Source: Pseudovirgaria hyperparasitica | Lineage: Eukaryota | Length of the DNA: 64,000 nt | Assembly: GCA_010093815.1 (NCBI GenBank) | Contig: ML996570.1 | Direction: 5' to 3' (one strand) | Shown here: positions 51,172-62,694 of the stretch, in pieces | Position numbering within the stretch: position 1 is the stretch's first letter | How the letters are laid out: each line of letters starts with the position of its first letter | The notes under the pieces: generated by a model | The model's input: only the letters and a program-made list of their open reading frames with translations | Databases searched by the model: none | What the model was told of the DNA's origin: nothing | Made by a program: the position numbers and the translations under genes

Positions 51172-52191
51172 ATGCCGCCTCCATGGAACGTAATTTCCCT
51201 GCTAACGCATCAACTCGACTGCAATGCACGTCTCACAGTATTGTGCCGAGGCAGGCGTGTCTACATCTCTATCCGTAGAAGTAACCTGAACAGCTCACCA
51301 ACACTCCAAAGGCAACTCGCCCACTTTCTAAAGGCTGTTGCGGAAGAAGAAGACGACAATGTCATAACTGAGGACTTCTACGACTGGCTCCTCGAGCCCT
51401 GCAAGAAACTCCTGGGCGACCTCTGCTTTCCATCTCACCTGACACGGCCGACCTACGCCGATTATCTCGCGCTGGAGACTTTGCACTTTGAACTACATTC
51501 TAGCGATGGTCATGTTGTTCCTGTCCGATCGGCACGTGACGATATTATGATGCCGCCAGGCATTCGCTTACACTGTGACCTTTTCTCGGTTTGGCCGGTA
51601 CTTGGACCCGAAGACCTCCAGATCCGTCTCGATTCTGCAGGGACAGACCTGAGAGCAGACTCCGTTGAGGAGTCACTATTACATGAACCTAGCAAGGTGT
51701 ATGTAATGGACCACCCGTACTTCTTTAAAGCCGCTACCCAAGATAATCGCAGTCAGTGCGAAAGAGAACTCCAGGTCTTCAAGGAGATTGAACAAGCTGG
51801 TTTGAAATCTTTGAATATTACTCATCTTTCCGCCGTCGTTTGCGACTCGGATGGAGTCTTCTACGGCTTCTTACTCCCGTATATCAACACATATGGGAAC
51901 ACGCTCACGTGGGCTATGGTAACACGTGCTACAGCGTCAGAACGAGCACGCTGGGCCGAACAAGTGACACACATTGTAGAGCGTCTACATGCCGCAGGAA
52001 TCGTATGGGGGGACGTAAAGGCTGATAACGTGCTCGTCGACACCGAGCGAAATGCCTGGGTGGTGGACTTTGGAGGCGGTCACACGATAGGATGGGGGGA
52101 GAGCAGCACGGCAGGGACAATAGAGGGCGATCGAATCGGCTTGCAGAAGATCCTAGAGTTCATCAGATCTCCCAAAGTTGTTCGAGAATGA
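51172..52191 (+). CDS. Atypical protein-kinase-like protein (339 aa), intronless
   Basis: YFFK (beta3 Lys), ERE (alphaC), LHAAGIVWGDVKADNVLVD catalytic loop, VVDFGGG. Confidence 0.87.
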   Translation: MPPPWNVISLLTHQLDCNARLTVLCRGRRVYISIRRSNLNSSPTLQRQLAHFLKAVAEEEDDNVITEDFYDWLLEPCKKLLGDLCFPSHLTRPTYADYLALETLHFELHSSDGHVVPVRSARDDIMMPPGIRLHCDLFSVWPVLGPEDLQIRLDSAGTDLRADSVEESLLHEPSKVYVMDHPYFFKAATQDNRSQCERELQVFKEIEQAGLKSLNITHLSAVVCDSDGVFYGFLLPYINTYGNTLTWAMVTRATASERARWAEQVTHIVERLHAAGIVWGDVKADNVLVDTERNAWVVDFGGGHTIGWGESSTAGTIEGDRIGLQKILEFIRSPKVVRE

Positions 52192-52951
52192 CTGGTGCAA
52201 GTGACCTTTTCACCCCTTGCAGTACCTTGCTACTTACTCCCTGGAATCCTAATTCTAGAGATATTAAAAACAATATAAGATTTCAAGGATATCGCGTGCG
52301 ACACGTGCCAATCACGGACGGACGCGACGGTCTAAGCTTGCTGAGATAGCATTAACCTGGTCGATGTCATGTACAAAGTAAGGCTGGTGCTAAGCGTACC
52401 GCTCCAAGACTTCACCCGGTATAGACAGACGCCAAACTTTTAGTAAGAGCATTCAAAAAATGCTGGCCCTCGTGCAATCCTCTCAGACTCCTTGCATATG
52501 CCGAGCAGTCCTAGTTTGATGCCCAGAAATGTTGGTGGTGCATGGATGCTAGTACACATCCGGTACTGTAACAGATCCAGATCCTCTAAGCCACCTTGCA
52601 GCCACATACGTATTACGTGTTGTGTTAGCACCTGTGTCCGATGGGGTTTATCCTATGTCAAAATGTAACCATATGCATGGGTGGGCGTCAGGAGCTTCAA
52701 TATCGCCGATAATGCCATATGTGTGTTGGAGTTACAAAGATTTTAGTACGCAGACGGCTTGAGGCCGAGTAAGCAGGGATACAGTGCCATCTTACAGAAG
52801 AGCCCCTTGGGCTAACAGCGAGCATTTGGCCGCTGTGTTAATTAACCTGGGTATTTCCAGGATTAAAGAAAGCCGTGATAGACGTTCCCGAAGTGCCTCA
52901 AACACCCTCTATGAAACACAACAGATGGCGGGATGAAACCAACACTCGTAC

Positions 52952-55060
52952 TCAAAACGGCACAGGCGCAAGATCAAACCCCCAGTCTTCAAACATCCAA
53001 TTCTCGAAATCGCCCGTGCATGGGATGTCTGCAAAGTCCATGTCTGGGAAGGCGTCGTGTGCGCCGTTCGAGGCCGTGTTGGCGTCAGACGACGGGCCTG
53101 GTACTTCATCCTGTGTTGTCACTGGGAGGAGCCGTCTTTCTTTCGAAGGTGCTTCGTCGATCCGTTGCTTCGCGCTGATCAGCAGGTCTACTGCGTCCTT
53201 CAAGAAAAGCTGCCTTTTCTCTGCGGACTTGTCTGCCTTCATGAGTCCTTGTGCTACTCCGATCAGCCAGAGATGTCTCTCGTCGCCTTCGGAATTTATG
53301 ACTTTTTCATTGACCATCTGGAGGGCATCTGTTACTACTGACATTGCGTGCTCTTCGATGGCGGCGTTCAATATGCTGTCTGCTGTTGGGTCCACGAAGT
53401 ACACGAGGCAAGCAGATAGCGCTGCTCGCACGTGGTCGTGCATCATCAGCTCGACGATGTAATCACCTTTGAGCACGACTGCTTTGTGGCAGTCCATGAC
53501 CTTCCTAGCAGCATCTATCATGACATGCCGCGAAGTCATGACTGCCATCGGAGAAGCGCGATGCTTCAACTGCTGCTCATGTACAACGAGCATGTATTGA
53601 TACAATTGTATGGATAGCAGTGCATGTATACGAACGGAAGAAGATGGAATAGCACGAATATGCGCTTGCAACTCCTCCGTAACTTGCCTTGCCTGGTCAT
53701 AATCGTTCTCATGGTGGATGTCGTTCAGCAAAGTTCCCAAGCGATGCCGAAGGCTTAAACTCTCTCCTGCTATTGCCAAATAAGATGACTTGGTGTATAC
53801 CTCTCGAGGACGTCGGAGCTCATCATCACTATTATTGCTCGGAGCTGAAACGTCACTTTGGCCAGTCCATGGGATCGGCGACATCCCATGCTCAAACGCA
53901 GCTTGAAGCTCAAACTCCGCGGCCGCTGCCCATATGCGACGACGCATTTCCATCTCGACCGTGGACTCACTTTCCGCGAGACGACTAGGATCGCGATGCA
54001 GACCTGCGCACATGCAGATTCGAAGAAACCTCCCGGCATTGGCCCACGTGCGCTTGCATTTCCTGCCGTGCAGTTGCTGGGCCCAGAGGAGGAGAAAGCC
54101 GATCTGGAAGTCGTTCATGGTCACAAACCTAGAGCTTCTGGCTTGAACCCATCTTTCGCAAGCCTCTAGTATCGTCGCGGCTTCTGTACGAGCAGGTTTT
54201 GTGGTGTGGTCCGACCCATTTGTTGCAGAGACTCTCAAATGCTTTGCAATTGCGATTATGATTAATGTGGTGACGACGACCTGTATCCCAGCTTCCTGCT
54301 CGGTTTGCCATAGAGTCGCATATTCCGACTCGAAAGTTGGTAGGTGTATGACATGATATACGTGGTCGAATGTATCGAGGTACGACTGTACTAGCCGGTC
54401 AGTCTCGTCTTTTTTTGGTAGCAAGGCTCTGAGATCCAAACTAGCAACAGACGAATGCATGTTGTGGTCGTATTGCGCCAGCGCATTCAAAGATAGAGCA
54501 TCTCGCCGCACATGATCGAGGACCGGAAATGCCTTGAAAGCGTCTCGGGCGAAGGCAAGAAGGCCTGGTATAGACTCAACCATGCATCCAGAATGCGTTC
54601 GACCATAGAATCGAGTTCGAAAAGAGGAGCCGCGGAAGATGGTGTTGTGGCGGTTCACACATAATGTCTGCGATGCATCCCTATCATCAATACCGAATTC
54701 CGGAACAACCTTATTGGTCGGATGTATATCGAGTGGCTTTCTTTGTGCCTCTTTGGTGGCACCATTTTCAACAGCGCCGAGTCTGGGGAGGATGCTGTTT
54801 GTACCATTGCTAGGTGCTTCTTGGCTGGATCGGACGTTTGGTACTCGAGCTAGCCAATCTAATTCGCTGTCTCCAGGTGCGGATGCAGATACAGTTTTCC
54901 GAGGTGCCTCCTCAACGTAAAGACATTTGTCTGGTCGCCCGGTCTTGATGCAGCGGCCACATACCGGTTGCTTACGGTCGCAGGAGAGCTTTTGCTTACG
55001 ACATTGTGAACAAGACCAGATTTTCCTTCGTCTCTTCCTCGAAGGTTGATCTTCCATCAT
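52952..55060 (-). CDS. Zn(II)2Cys6 transcription factor with fungal-specific middle homology domain
   Basis: SCSQCRKQKLSCDRKQPVCGRCIKTGRPDKC; GLHRDP...EMRRRIW; first ATG at 55060. Confidence 0.95.
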   Translation of the reverse strand: MMEDQPSRKRRRKIWSCSQCRKQKLSCDRKQPVCGRCIKTGRPDKCLYVEEAPRKTVSASAPGDSELDWLARVPNVRSSQEAPSNGTNSILPRLGAVENGATKEAQRKPLDIHPTNKVVPEFGIDDRDASQTLCVNRHNTIFRGSSFRTRFYGRTHSGCMVESIPGLLAFARDAFKAFPVLDHVRRDALSLNALAQYDHNMHSSVASLDLRALLPKKDETDRLVQSYLDTFDHVYHVIHLPTFESEYATLWQTEQEAGIQVVVTTLIIIAIAKHLRVSATNGSDHTTKPARTEAATILEACERWVQARSSRFVTMNDFQIGFLLLWAQQLHGRKCKRTWANAGRFLRICMCAGLHRDPSRLAESESTVEMEMRRRIWAAAAEFELQAAFEHGMSPIPWTGQSDVSAPSNNSDDELRRPREVYTKSSYLAIAGESLSLRHRLGTLLNDIHHENDYDQARQVTEELQAHIRAIPSSSVRIHALLSIQLYQYMLVVHEQQLKHRASPMAVMTSRHVMIDAARKVMDCHKAVVLKGDYIVELMMHDHVRAALSACLVYFVDPTADSILNAAIEEHAMSVVTDALQMVNEKVINSEGDERHLWLIGVAQGLMKADKSAEKRQLFLKDAVDLLISAKQRIDEAPSKERRLLPVTTQDEVPGPSSDANTASNGAHDAFPDMDFADIPCTGDFENWMFEDWGFDLAPVPF

Positions 55061-55277
55061 GGCCGCGGATCGAGTGACAATACGAAGACCCCATGTACCG
55101 TTGGCCCTTGAAGGCACGTTAATAAAGGATCCTTCATAATACGTCTTCTCACATGGCAGGATTTCATGACAGAGTGGTTAAGCCGACGCAAATCGGAGAT
55201 CCGAATTCTATAACCGACGCTATCGACAAGCACTAACCTAAACAGGCATCCCAGGATGTCAGCTTCGACATTTCTTC

Positions 55278-55934
55278 TCACTTTACCAAAGCCAAAATGT
55301 ACCCATCTACCACATTTCGACTGCCCAATGCCGAAAGTAATGTAGCAGTGACTCGGCTGTCACCCTTGACCTGCTCAATAAGAGATTGGGGATCAGGATC
55401 CTTTCTCTCCACGCCCTCGGTGATCTTCCGGACCACATTGTCCACATAAATACAACCTCCCTTCCTCGTCATCTTCACAGCCCAATCAAAATACAGATGC
55501 TGATTTTCCCAATCAGCATCAATCAAGACAAAGTCAAATACGGCCCCTGAGGCCTGCAAGTCTGGCAAGATATCAAGGGCCGAGCCTAGGCGGAGATCGA
55601 CGTTGTCCAGGCCGCGGAGATTGACTTCGGCGATACTGCGATGCTTCGGATTGTGGTCGATGGATGTGACCTTGATGCCTGGGACAGACTCCGCGAGCCA
55701 GATTGTGGAGTAGCCGGCGAGGGTGCCTATTTCAAGGACGGATTTGGCTTGCATGAGCTGGCAGAGGATGGAGAGCTGGCGCCCGTGAGCAGGTGAAACT
55801 TGTATGGCAGGGATGCCTTCAGTCTCGGCTCGAGAGATGGCATTTCGGAGCCGCTCGTTGTCCTGCACGACCGCATCCTGGGCTGCGAAGGCCACTTTGT
55901 TGTGTGTAAGGAGATTTTGGTAAGGAGAATCCAT
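55278..55934 (-). CDS. O-methyltransferase family 3 (caffeoyl-CoA OMT-like)
   Basis: IQVSPAHG..L, VLEIGTLAGYSTIWLA, FDFVLIDAD, GG.IYVDNVV; start placed at 55934 because a TATA element abuts the ATG at 56000. Confidence 0.92.
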   Translation of the reverse strand: MDSPYQNLLTHNKVAFAAQDAVVQDNERLRNAISRAETEGIPAIQVSPAHGRQLSILCQLMQAKSVLEIGTLAGYSTIWLAESVPGIKVTSIDHNPKHRSIAEVNLRGLDNVDLRLGSALDILPDLQASGAVFDFVLIDADWENQHLYFDWAVKMTRKGGCIYVDNVVRKITEGVERKDPDPQSLIEQVKGDSRVTATLLSALGSRNVVDGYILALVK

Positions 55935-56039
55935 CGTGATAGCAAGATCTGAACTCAGATGAAGAGATAATGAGCAATATTCAACGTCGTCTATGAGCAT
56001 TTATATATCTCAAAAGACCCTTGAAGCCCCCTTTCATAT

Positions 56040-56087
56040 TCGGACTACAAAGTCCGATCCGATCCGGCGATCCGAATGCTGGTCCGA
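56040..56087. promoter_or_regulatory. Putative Zn2Cys6 binding site: TCGGACT-ACAA-AGTCCGA palindrome (CGG-N10-CCG) plus further TCCG half-sites
   Basis: 7-bp inverted repeat at 56040-56057, about 30 nt upstream of the TATA element (56001-56008) of the OMT gene. Confidence 0.55.
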
Positions 56088-56356
56088 AATGGATGTGCAT
56101 TGGAGTGATTCGACCAATGGCAGAACTCTAGAACACGTGCGTATGCCCAAACGTGAAGATATTTCTTCAGGGTGCGACACAGACTTGAATGTTGCGATCG
56201 ATCTGGTCACTTGACTCATGCCATTGTACGTGGTACGTATAGTATCGTATATTCATAATATCATCCTACATGTGCGTGCATCCCAAAACGCCGGTGTGAA
56301 AATTCCGCGGCAAATGCAACAAAATGAGATTGGCTCGATCGCCTTTCGACTCTTCA

Positions 56357-57769
56357 TCAAATCCCTCCATAAGTCCCGCTTCTACTCTCCGTGCTCAGAA
56401 GCCCCTGTCTATCCTCTTGTACCTCTGATGTCGAATTATTCCGCACTAGCATGCCAACTGCACCGACACTAGGGACCCAGCCCCGCATGTAGCCGCTGAC
56501 TCTGCGCCATTTCCATTTCAAACCTTCGTTTTGACTTCGGCTGGAGGGTGAACTTCGGCCCTGGTCATTCGGATCAGGTACAACCACCACTAATACCTCT
56601 TCGCGAGTCTTGCTCCTCTTGGACTTGTACATGTAGAACTGGCATGCAACAGCCGCATCCATGATAAGAACGCCTGCGGCACCAAGAAAGAATGGCAGAG
56701 CTGCTAGTGTCCATCTGGTTCGGTCGTTGCCCTCGGGACCGACCCACCCGCGACTCGGATTGTCAGATCCACTGGTTGCAGGAGCAAAATCGTACCAAAA
56801 ACAGGGGTTGGTGATCATGGAACTGGAGTAGAAAAGATTTCCAAAGAAGGCAGCAGCGAATAGCGTTAGGGAAAGGCCAGATGTGCTCTTCCTCGTGTAA
56901 TTCTTGTATAGCTGAGGCAGGCGCGATCCTAGGTAGAGGAATGTGGACATCCAAGAACACAAGGTACCGATGGCGACGCTGACAGAAATCTGTTTTGCCT
57001 CTTCGATTGTGATGGAGGAAGTGTCGACAGGAGAAGCGCGAGCAACAACAGCCAATAAGAGCGAGACGTAAAGAGCGGTTCTTGGAGAGGGCATGGGTGA
57101 ATTCGAGCTTGCCAGGCGCGTGATATGGCGGTTGTTGGTAGGCGTACTCTGTGAGCTCGATACGTCCAATACCGACGGCGACCCAGAGAATTGTGGAGTG
57201 TGGAACAAGTCTTCCGATTTCTGAGCACGGGACCGCTCGATTGGCCTCGGGGAACTGGCGCGAGAATCGCACTCGCTCCTAGAGCCTTTTGCTGATGCGA
57301 TGGATAGGGCATCCGAGTCGCTCGAGCTATCGTCTGTGTTGTCCCTCCATCTCCCCCAGACACTTTTCAAGGGGCGACCATGTTTTAGGTGCTCGTACCA
57401 TAGCCATTGCCCCACTAAGCAGCAGTCAACGAAGCAGTAATAGAATGCTATGATAATCTGCCATAGAGCTTGGCCGGTAAGTAATGAGCCTGTGAGGTTT
57501 GTTGCGTCCCCAAGTAACCACTCCCCTAGGAATATGATACTCAGTCCTGACGTTGACTTTATTCTGTAATTCTTGACGACTTGAGGCAGTTGTGCGAAGA
57601 GCCAGGCCGTTATGCTAAGTGTACCGAGGAGCGAAGACACAAAGGCGAGCTTGGTCGGCACGCACGCACCAAAGGTTGCAGAGAAGTGAGAGAGGAAGTC
57701 ATTCTCTGGATTGCAGAGAGCTGGCAGCTCGGCCGTTCCAAGCAGGGAGGCCATGCTCGATGAAGTCAT
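56357..57769 (-). CDS. PQ-loop vacuolar basic amino-acid transporter (Ypq-like)
   Basis: Two PQ loops: WLFAQLPQVVKNY..KSTSGLS and YLGSRLPQLYKNY.RKSTSGLS; multiple TM segments. Confidence 0.93.
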   Translation of the reverse strand: MTSSSMASLLGTAELPALCNPENDFLSHFSATFGACVPTKLAFVSSLLGTLSITAWLFAQLPQVVKNYRIKSTSGLSIIFLGEWLLGDATNLTGSLLTGQALWQIIIAFYYCFVDCCLVGQWLWYEHLKHGRPLKSVWGRWRDNTDDSSSDSDALSIASAKGSRSECDSRASSPRPIERSRAQKSEDLFHTPQFSGSPSVLDVSSSQSTPTNNRHITRLASSNSPMPSPRTALYVSLLLAVVARASPVDTSSITIEEAKQISVSVAIGTLCSWMSTFLYLGSRLPQLYKNYTRKSTSGLSLTLFAAAFFGNLFYSSSMITNPCFWYDFAPATSGSDNPSRGWVGPEGNDRTRWTLAALPFFLGAAGVLIMDAAVACQFYMYKSKRSKTREEVLVVVVPDPNDQGRSSPSSRSQNEGLKWKWRRVSGYMRGWVPSVGAVGMLVRNNSTSEVQEDRQGLLSTESRSGTYGGI

Positions 57770-58673
57770 GTCGTGCTTGAGGACGACGATGGTGTGATTG
57801 ACACCAAGTTATATAAGTAGTAGCGAGCTTCGATGGAGCCCTTCAGGTCGCGATGCCACGAATTCCTGTCCTTTAAGGATCTTGTGGTATTCCAGCACGC
57901 GATGCTCGCTTGTGTGTCCACGAAACTATGTCTCGCGTGACTCCTCACTACGGTCGTTCGATGTCTCAGCGCATGGACGGCATCCGGGGGCAAAGAACGT
58001 AGAATGACCAGGACTAGAACAAATTGATCAGGAGGAACTGAGGGTGACTCGCATGATCGAGAGTCTCTATGTTCGAAGCTTGTGAGGTAGCGAGGTAGGT
58101 AGTGTGAATGTTGAGGTTGAGGGTAACGGTGAAATAGCCTGCGACGACGGATCGCGCCGAGGGGGCAAGGGCGTCTTTGGCTGGAGGATCGCCTGTGATG
58201 ATGAGACTGGCGCTCCCAGATCGGCGACTAGAAAAGGAAACATTTCTAAAAAGTAACAAAGCGCCGAGTGGGTGCGGTGTGGGTGTGTGTGGCAGAATTG
58301 CCAATGTGCCAATGTGGTGCGAAAAGCCTCCAGCAGCGGCCGATAAGACAGTCCAGAGTCGCAGGTGGGGAGCGTGGCTGGCTGATAAGGAGAGACTAAA
58401 GCTTCATTAGGTAATATCTCTATAGTCCGTAATCTCCGAAAGCTCTCGTTGTTGCTGATGCTGGCGCTGACACTTTGGAGTCTAATATGTGATCAAAACA
58501 ACAATATCCCTGTCTTGCATATATAATTAATCAGATCAATCGTGACCCTTGTACGAAGCCTCAGGCGGAAGAATTAGAGTGGTGTATGGGAGATGATGTT
58601 CTCGTCACGTGATGATGACCCTCGGAGCACGCTTGGCCTCATCCAGTTAGTATAATTATACCCTTTTCGGCCT

Positions 58674-58679
58674 ACGCGT
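58674..58679. promoter_or_regulatory. MCB element (ACGCGT) upstream of DNA pol delta
   Basis: Perfect ACGCGT about 125 nt before the ATG of an S-phase gene. Confidence 0.5.
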
Positions 58680-58800
58680 CTAACTGGACGTGACGTGACT
58701 TGTCCGTGCACTTGATTGATACATCCACTGTCGCGCTGAACACGCTCCCCACCACGCACTTTGACCGTTTAAGCCGGTAAATCGACATCATATTATCAGG

Positions 58801-61800
58801 ATGGCCGCTGCCGTGCAGAGAACCCCAATGAAACGTGCTCTCGCCGAGACCACGCAGACACGTCAGAATATACAGCCGTCTCCGCATTCGAACAAGAAAC
58901 TCAAGGTCAATGGCGGCTTCACGAGCTCCCAGACCTCGAACAGGGGCAGAAATGGGCCCCCAGGCTCGTCGCAACCGAAGAGCCAATTTGAAGAGGAGGT
59001 GTTGCAGAAGATGACTCAAGGCATTAACACCTTGAAGAACACGAACAGCGAGAAAGATCAGCAATGGAAGCGTCCGCCCTTGGACGACTGGAAAGAGGGT
59101 CGAGACAACATTTGTTTTCAGCAAATCGAAGCTGAAGAAGGGACCATCTATGGGGGACGCAAGACTATCCAGCTATTCGGTGTGACAGAGGTAGATACGC
59201 GTGCCTGACTTGGAGGATGTCTGAGCCCTTGCTAATGTTTGCAGACTGGCCATTCGGTACTATTACACGTCTCAGGCTTCCTGCACTATCTTTACGTTGC
59301 TGCCCCTATCAACTTCGCACGCACCGACTGTGAATCGTACAAAGCATATCTTGAGTCTCAGCTAGCACAACATCAGCCCGCCATACATTCTGTACACATG
59401 GTCATGCGAGAGAACATGTATGGCTTCCAAGGAAATCAGAAGAGTCCGTACATCAAAATTACTGTCACCGATCCCAGATTCATAGCCAGGCTTCGGTCGA
59501 CCATAGAGTCGGGGTCTGCCAACTTCCGAGGACTGTGGGGGCGCATCGACGGGGGCATCATGACGTACGATAGCATCCAGTATGTGCTGCGGTTCATGAT
59601 TGACGTCAAGGTGTGTAACATGTTCTGGGCATGATATTAGCGGGACTGACAGGTCTAGATACACGGCATGTCATGGGTCGAGGTGCCTGCTGGGAAATAC
59701 GACATGATACCCAGCCATGAGAGGCAGTCCACTTGCCAGATTGAGGCACATGTACAATACAGAGATCTGATTGCGCATCCTATTGATGGAGAGTGGGCAA
59801 AGATGGCCCCGCTGAGGATACTGTCTTTTGACATCGAATGCGCGGGACGTAAGGGCATATTCCCAGAGGCAGACCAGGACCCGGTCATCCAGATCGCCAA
59901 CGTAGTGACGCGGTATGGTGAAGAGAAGCCGTTTGTCCGCAACGTTTTCTGTCTGGACACTACGAATCCCATCGTCAACACGCAGATTCTGAGTTTTCAA
60001 GACGAAGGCAAGATGTTGATGGAATGGCAAAAGTTCCTGCAGGAGGTGGACCCGGACGTCATAATTGGCTACAACATTGCCAACTTTGATTTCCCCTATC
60101 TGCTGGACCGCGCTGAACACTTGAAGCAAAAGAACTTTCCATACTGGACTCGCCTCAAGACGATGAAGTCGCACGCCCAGAAGACCAACTTCTCAAGCAA
60201 GCAGATGGGCAACCGCGATACAAAGGCGACAAACACAAACGGACGACTCCAACTTGACTTGCTTCAGCTGGTGCAGCGCGATCATCAACTGCGAAGCTAT
60301 ACTCTCAACTCCGTCTGTGCACATTTCCTGAACGAGCAGAAGGAAGACGTGCACCACACTATGATTACGGAACTTTTCAACGGAGACGCGGACTCGCGCC
60401 GAAGATTGGCGGTGTATTGTCTGAAGGACGCATATCTACCGCAACGACTGATGGACAAGCTGATGTGTTTGGTCAACTACACTGAGATGGCAAGAGTCAC
60501 GGGCGTGCCATTCAACTACTTGCTGTCGAGAGGGCAACAGGTCAAGTTCATCAGTCAGCTGTTCCGTAAAGCCCTGGACGAAAACCTTGTCGTTCCCAAC
60601 ATGAGCTCTCAGGCATCGGAGGATCAGTATGAAGGAGCGACAGTCATTGAGCCTACGCGCGGCTACTACGACGTCCCTGTGGCCACACTGGATTTTGCCT
60701 CGCTGTATCCCAGTATCATGCAAGCGCACAACCTGTGCTACACCACACTACTCGACAAGAAAGCCGTGGAGAACCACAAGCTGCAGAAAGATGTCGACTA
60801 CATTGTCACCCCGAACGGGGATATGTTTGTAACGGCCAAAGTACGGAAAGGGCTTCTGTCACAGATTCTGGAGGAGCTTCTGTCGGCGCGTAAGCGCGCC
60901 AAGAAAGAGCTGGCTGTCGAAACAGACGCTTTCAAAAAGGCCGTGCTCAACGGTCGACAATTGGCGCTGAAGATTAGTGCCAACAGTGTTTACGGTCTTA
61001 CGGGTGCCACGGTTGGCAAGCTTCCATGCCTGCCTGTGGCGAGTAGTACGACAAGCTACGGACGACAGATGATTGAGAAGACGAGAGACGAGGTGATGAA
61101 GAAGTACACGATTGCAAACGGGTACGAGCACGACGCGCAGGTCATCTACGGCGACACGGACTCGGTCATGGTCAAGTTTGGCACCAAAGACCTGGCAAAG
61201 GCCATGGAGCTCGGGCAGGAAGCGGCCGAGTACGTGTCGTCCAAGTTCGTCAAGCCGATCAAGCTCGAGTTCGAGAAGGTCTACTTCCCATACCTGCTCA
61301 TCAACAAGAAGCGCTACGCCGGCCTGTACTGGACCAAGACGGAGAAGTGGGACAAGATGGACACAAAGGGCATCGAGACTGTCCGGCGAGACAACTGCCG
61401 CCTCGTGCAGACCGTCATCGAAACCTCCCTCCGCATGCTGCTAATCGACCGCGACGTGAGCGGCGCCTCCGAGTAAGTCCTCCCTCAACCTATACCCAAC
61501 AACCCACTAACACACTCTCCCCCCCTAGCTTCGTCAAAGAAACAATCTCCGACCTCCTCCAAAACAAAATCGACATGTCCAACCTCGTCATCACAAAAGC
61601 CCTCTCCAAAGAAACCTACGACGGCAAACAAGCCCACGTCGAACTGGCAAAGCGCATGAAGGACCGCGACTCGGGCTCCGCCCCGGCCCTCGGCGACCGC
61701 GTCGCCTACGTCATAATAAAGGGCCCGGCCGGCGCAAAGAATTTCGAGAAATCAGAAGACCCAATCTACGTCCTCGAGAACAACCTGCCCATCGACACAA

Positions 61801-62306
61801 AGTACTACCTCGACAACCAGCTCTCCAAACCGCTTATTCGTATCTTCGAGCCCATCCTCGGCGAAAAAAAAGCCGGCCAGTTGCTCACGGGCGCACATAC
61901 ACGCGCCATCGCCGTCGCCGCCCCCTCATCCCTCTCCTCCTCCTCATCCTCCTCCGCAAACGCAAACCGCGGCGGCCTCATGCGCTTCGCCCAAAAAACA
62001 CAAACCTGCATGGGCTGCAAATCGCCCCTGACTTCCACCGCCGAAAAGCACGGCGCGGTCTGCGTAAACTGCCGGCCCCGTTTCGCAGAATTATACCAAA
62101 AGACGCTCTCCAAAGCGGCGGAGCTGGAGGTGCGTTTTGCCAGGCTCTGGACGCAGTGTCAGCGCTGTCAGGGGTCGGTGCATAATGAGGTTATTTGCTC
62201 GTCGAGGGATTGTCCGATTTTTTATATGCGCATGAAGGCGAAGAAGGATGTTGGGGATGCGGGGAGGGAGTTGGGGAGGTTTGATCGGGATGGGGCGCTG
62301 TGGTAG
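58801..62306 (+). CDS. POL3: DNA polymerase delta catalytic subunit; introns 59191-59244, 59611-59658, 61473-61528
   Basis: Exo [49 protein letters not shown]-terminal CysA/CysB (CQRCQG...C...DCPIFY). Confidence 0.98.
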
Positions 62307-62694
62307 GGGGATGGGGAGGTGTGGCTTGTGTGGTGTGGAGAGGGGGTATGTGTATAGGTAATTAGGGGCAGTTTGGTTTTGATGATCAATTAGGTGGAAG
62401 GCGGAAAGGGAGTGCGGTTTTGTTCAATTAGGGTAGGTAGGGAGAGTAGGGTTGGTGTATTGTATTGTATTAGCACGGCATGGTCATGGTTGTCAGGTCA
62501 GAGGTGGCTTGATGTGTGTGTATGAGTTGATATGGTCTATCAGATGCGTGGCTAGCACAGCTAGCTTAGCATGGCATGGCATGGCATGGCATGTAAAACA
62601 AACAGTCTATACCCGTATCTCCACACCCAAAAAGTCATTTCCAATCCCCTCAAATCCAATCCACAATCCACAATCCACCCACCGACCCAATCCC

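Noticed and set aside
24060..56000. Secondary-metabolite gene cluster (methyltransferases, P450, ADH, Zn2Cys6 TF)
   Set aside because: No PKS/NRPS/terpene synthase/DMATS or RiPP precursor is visible, and the genes are spread over 30 kb with unrelated genes between them
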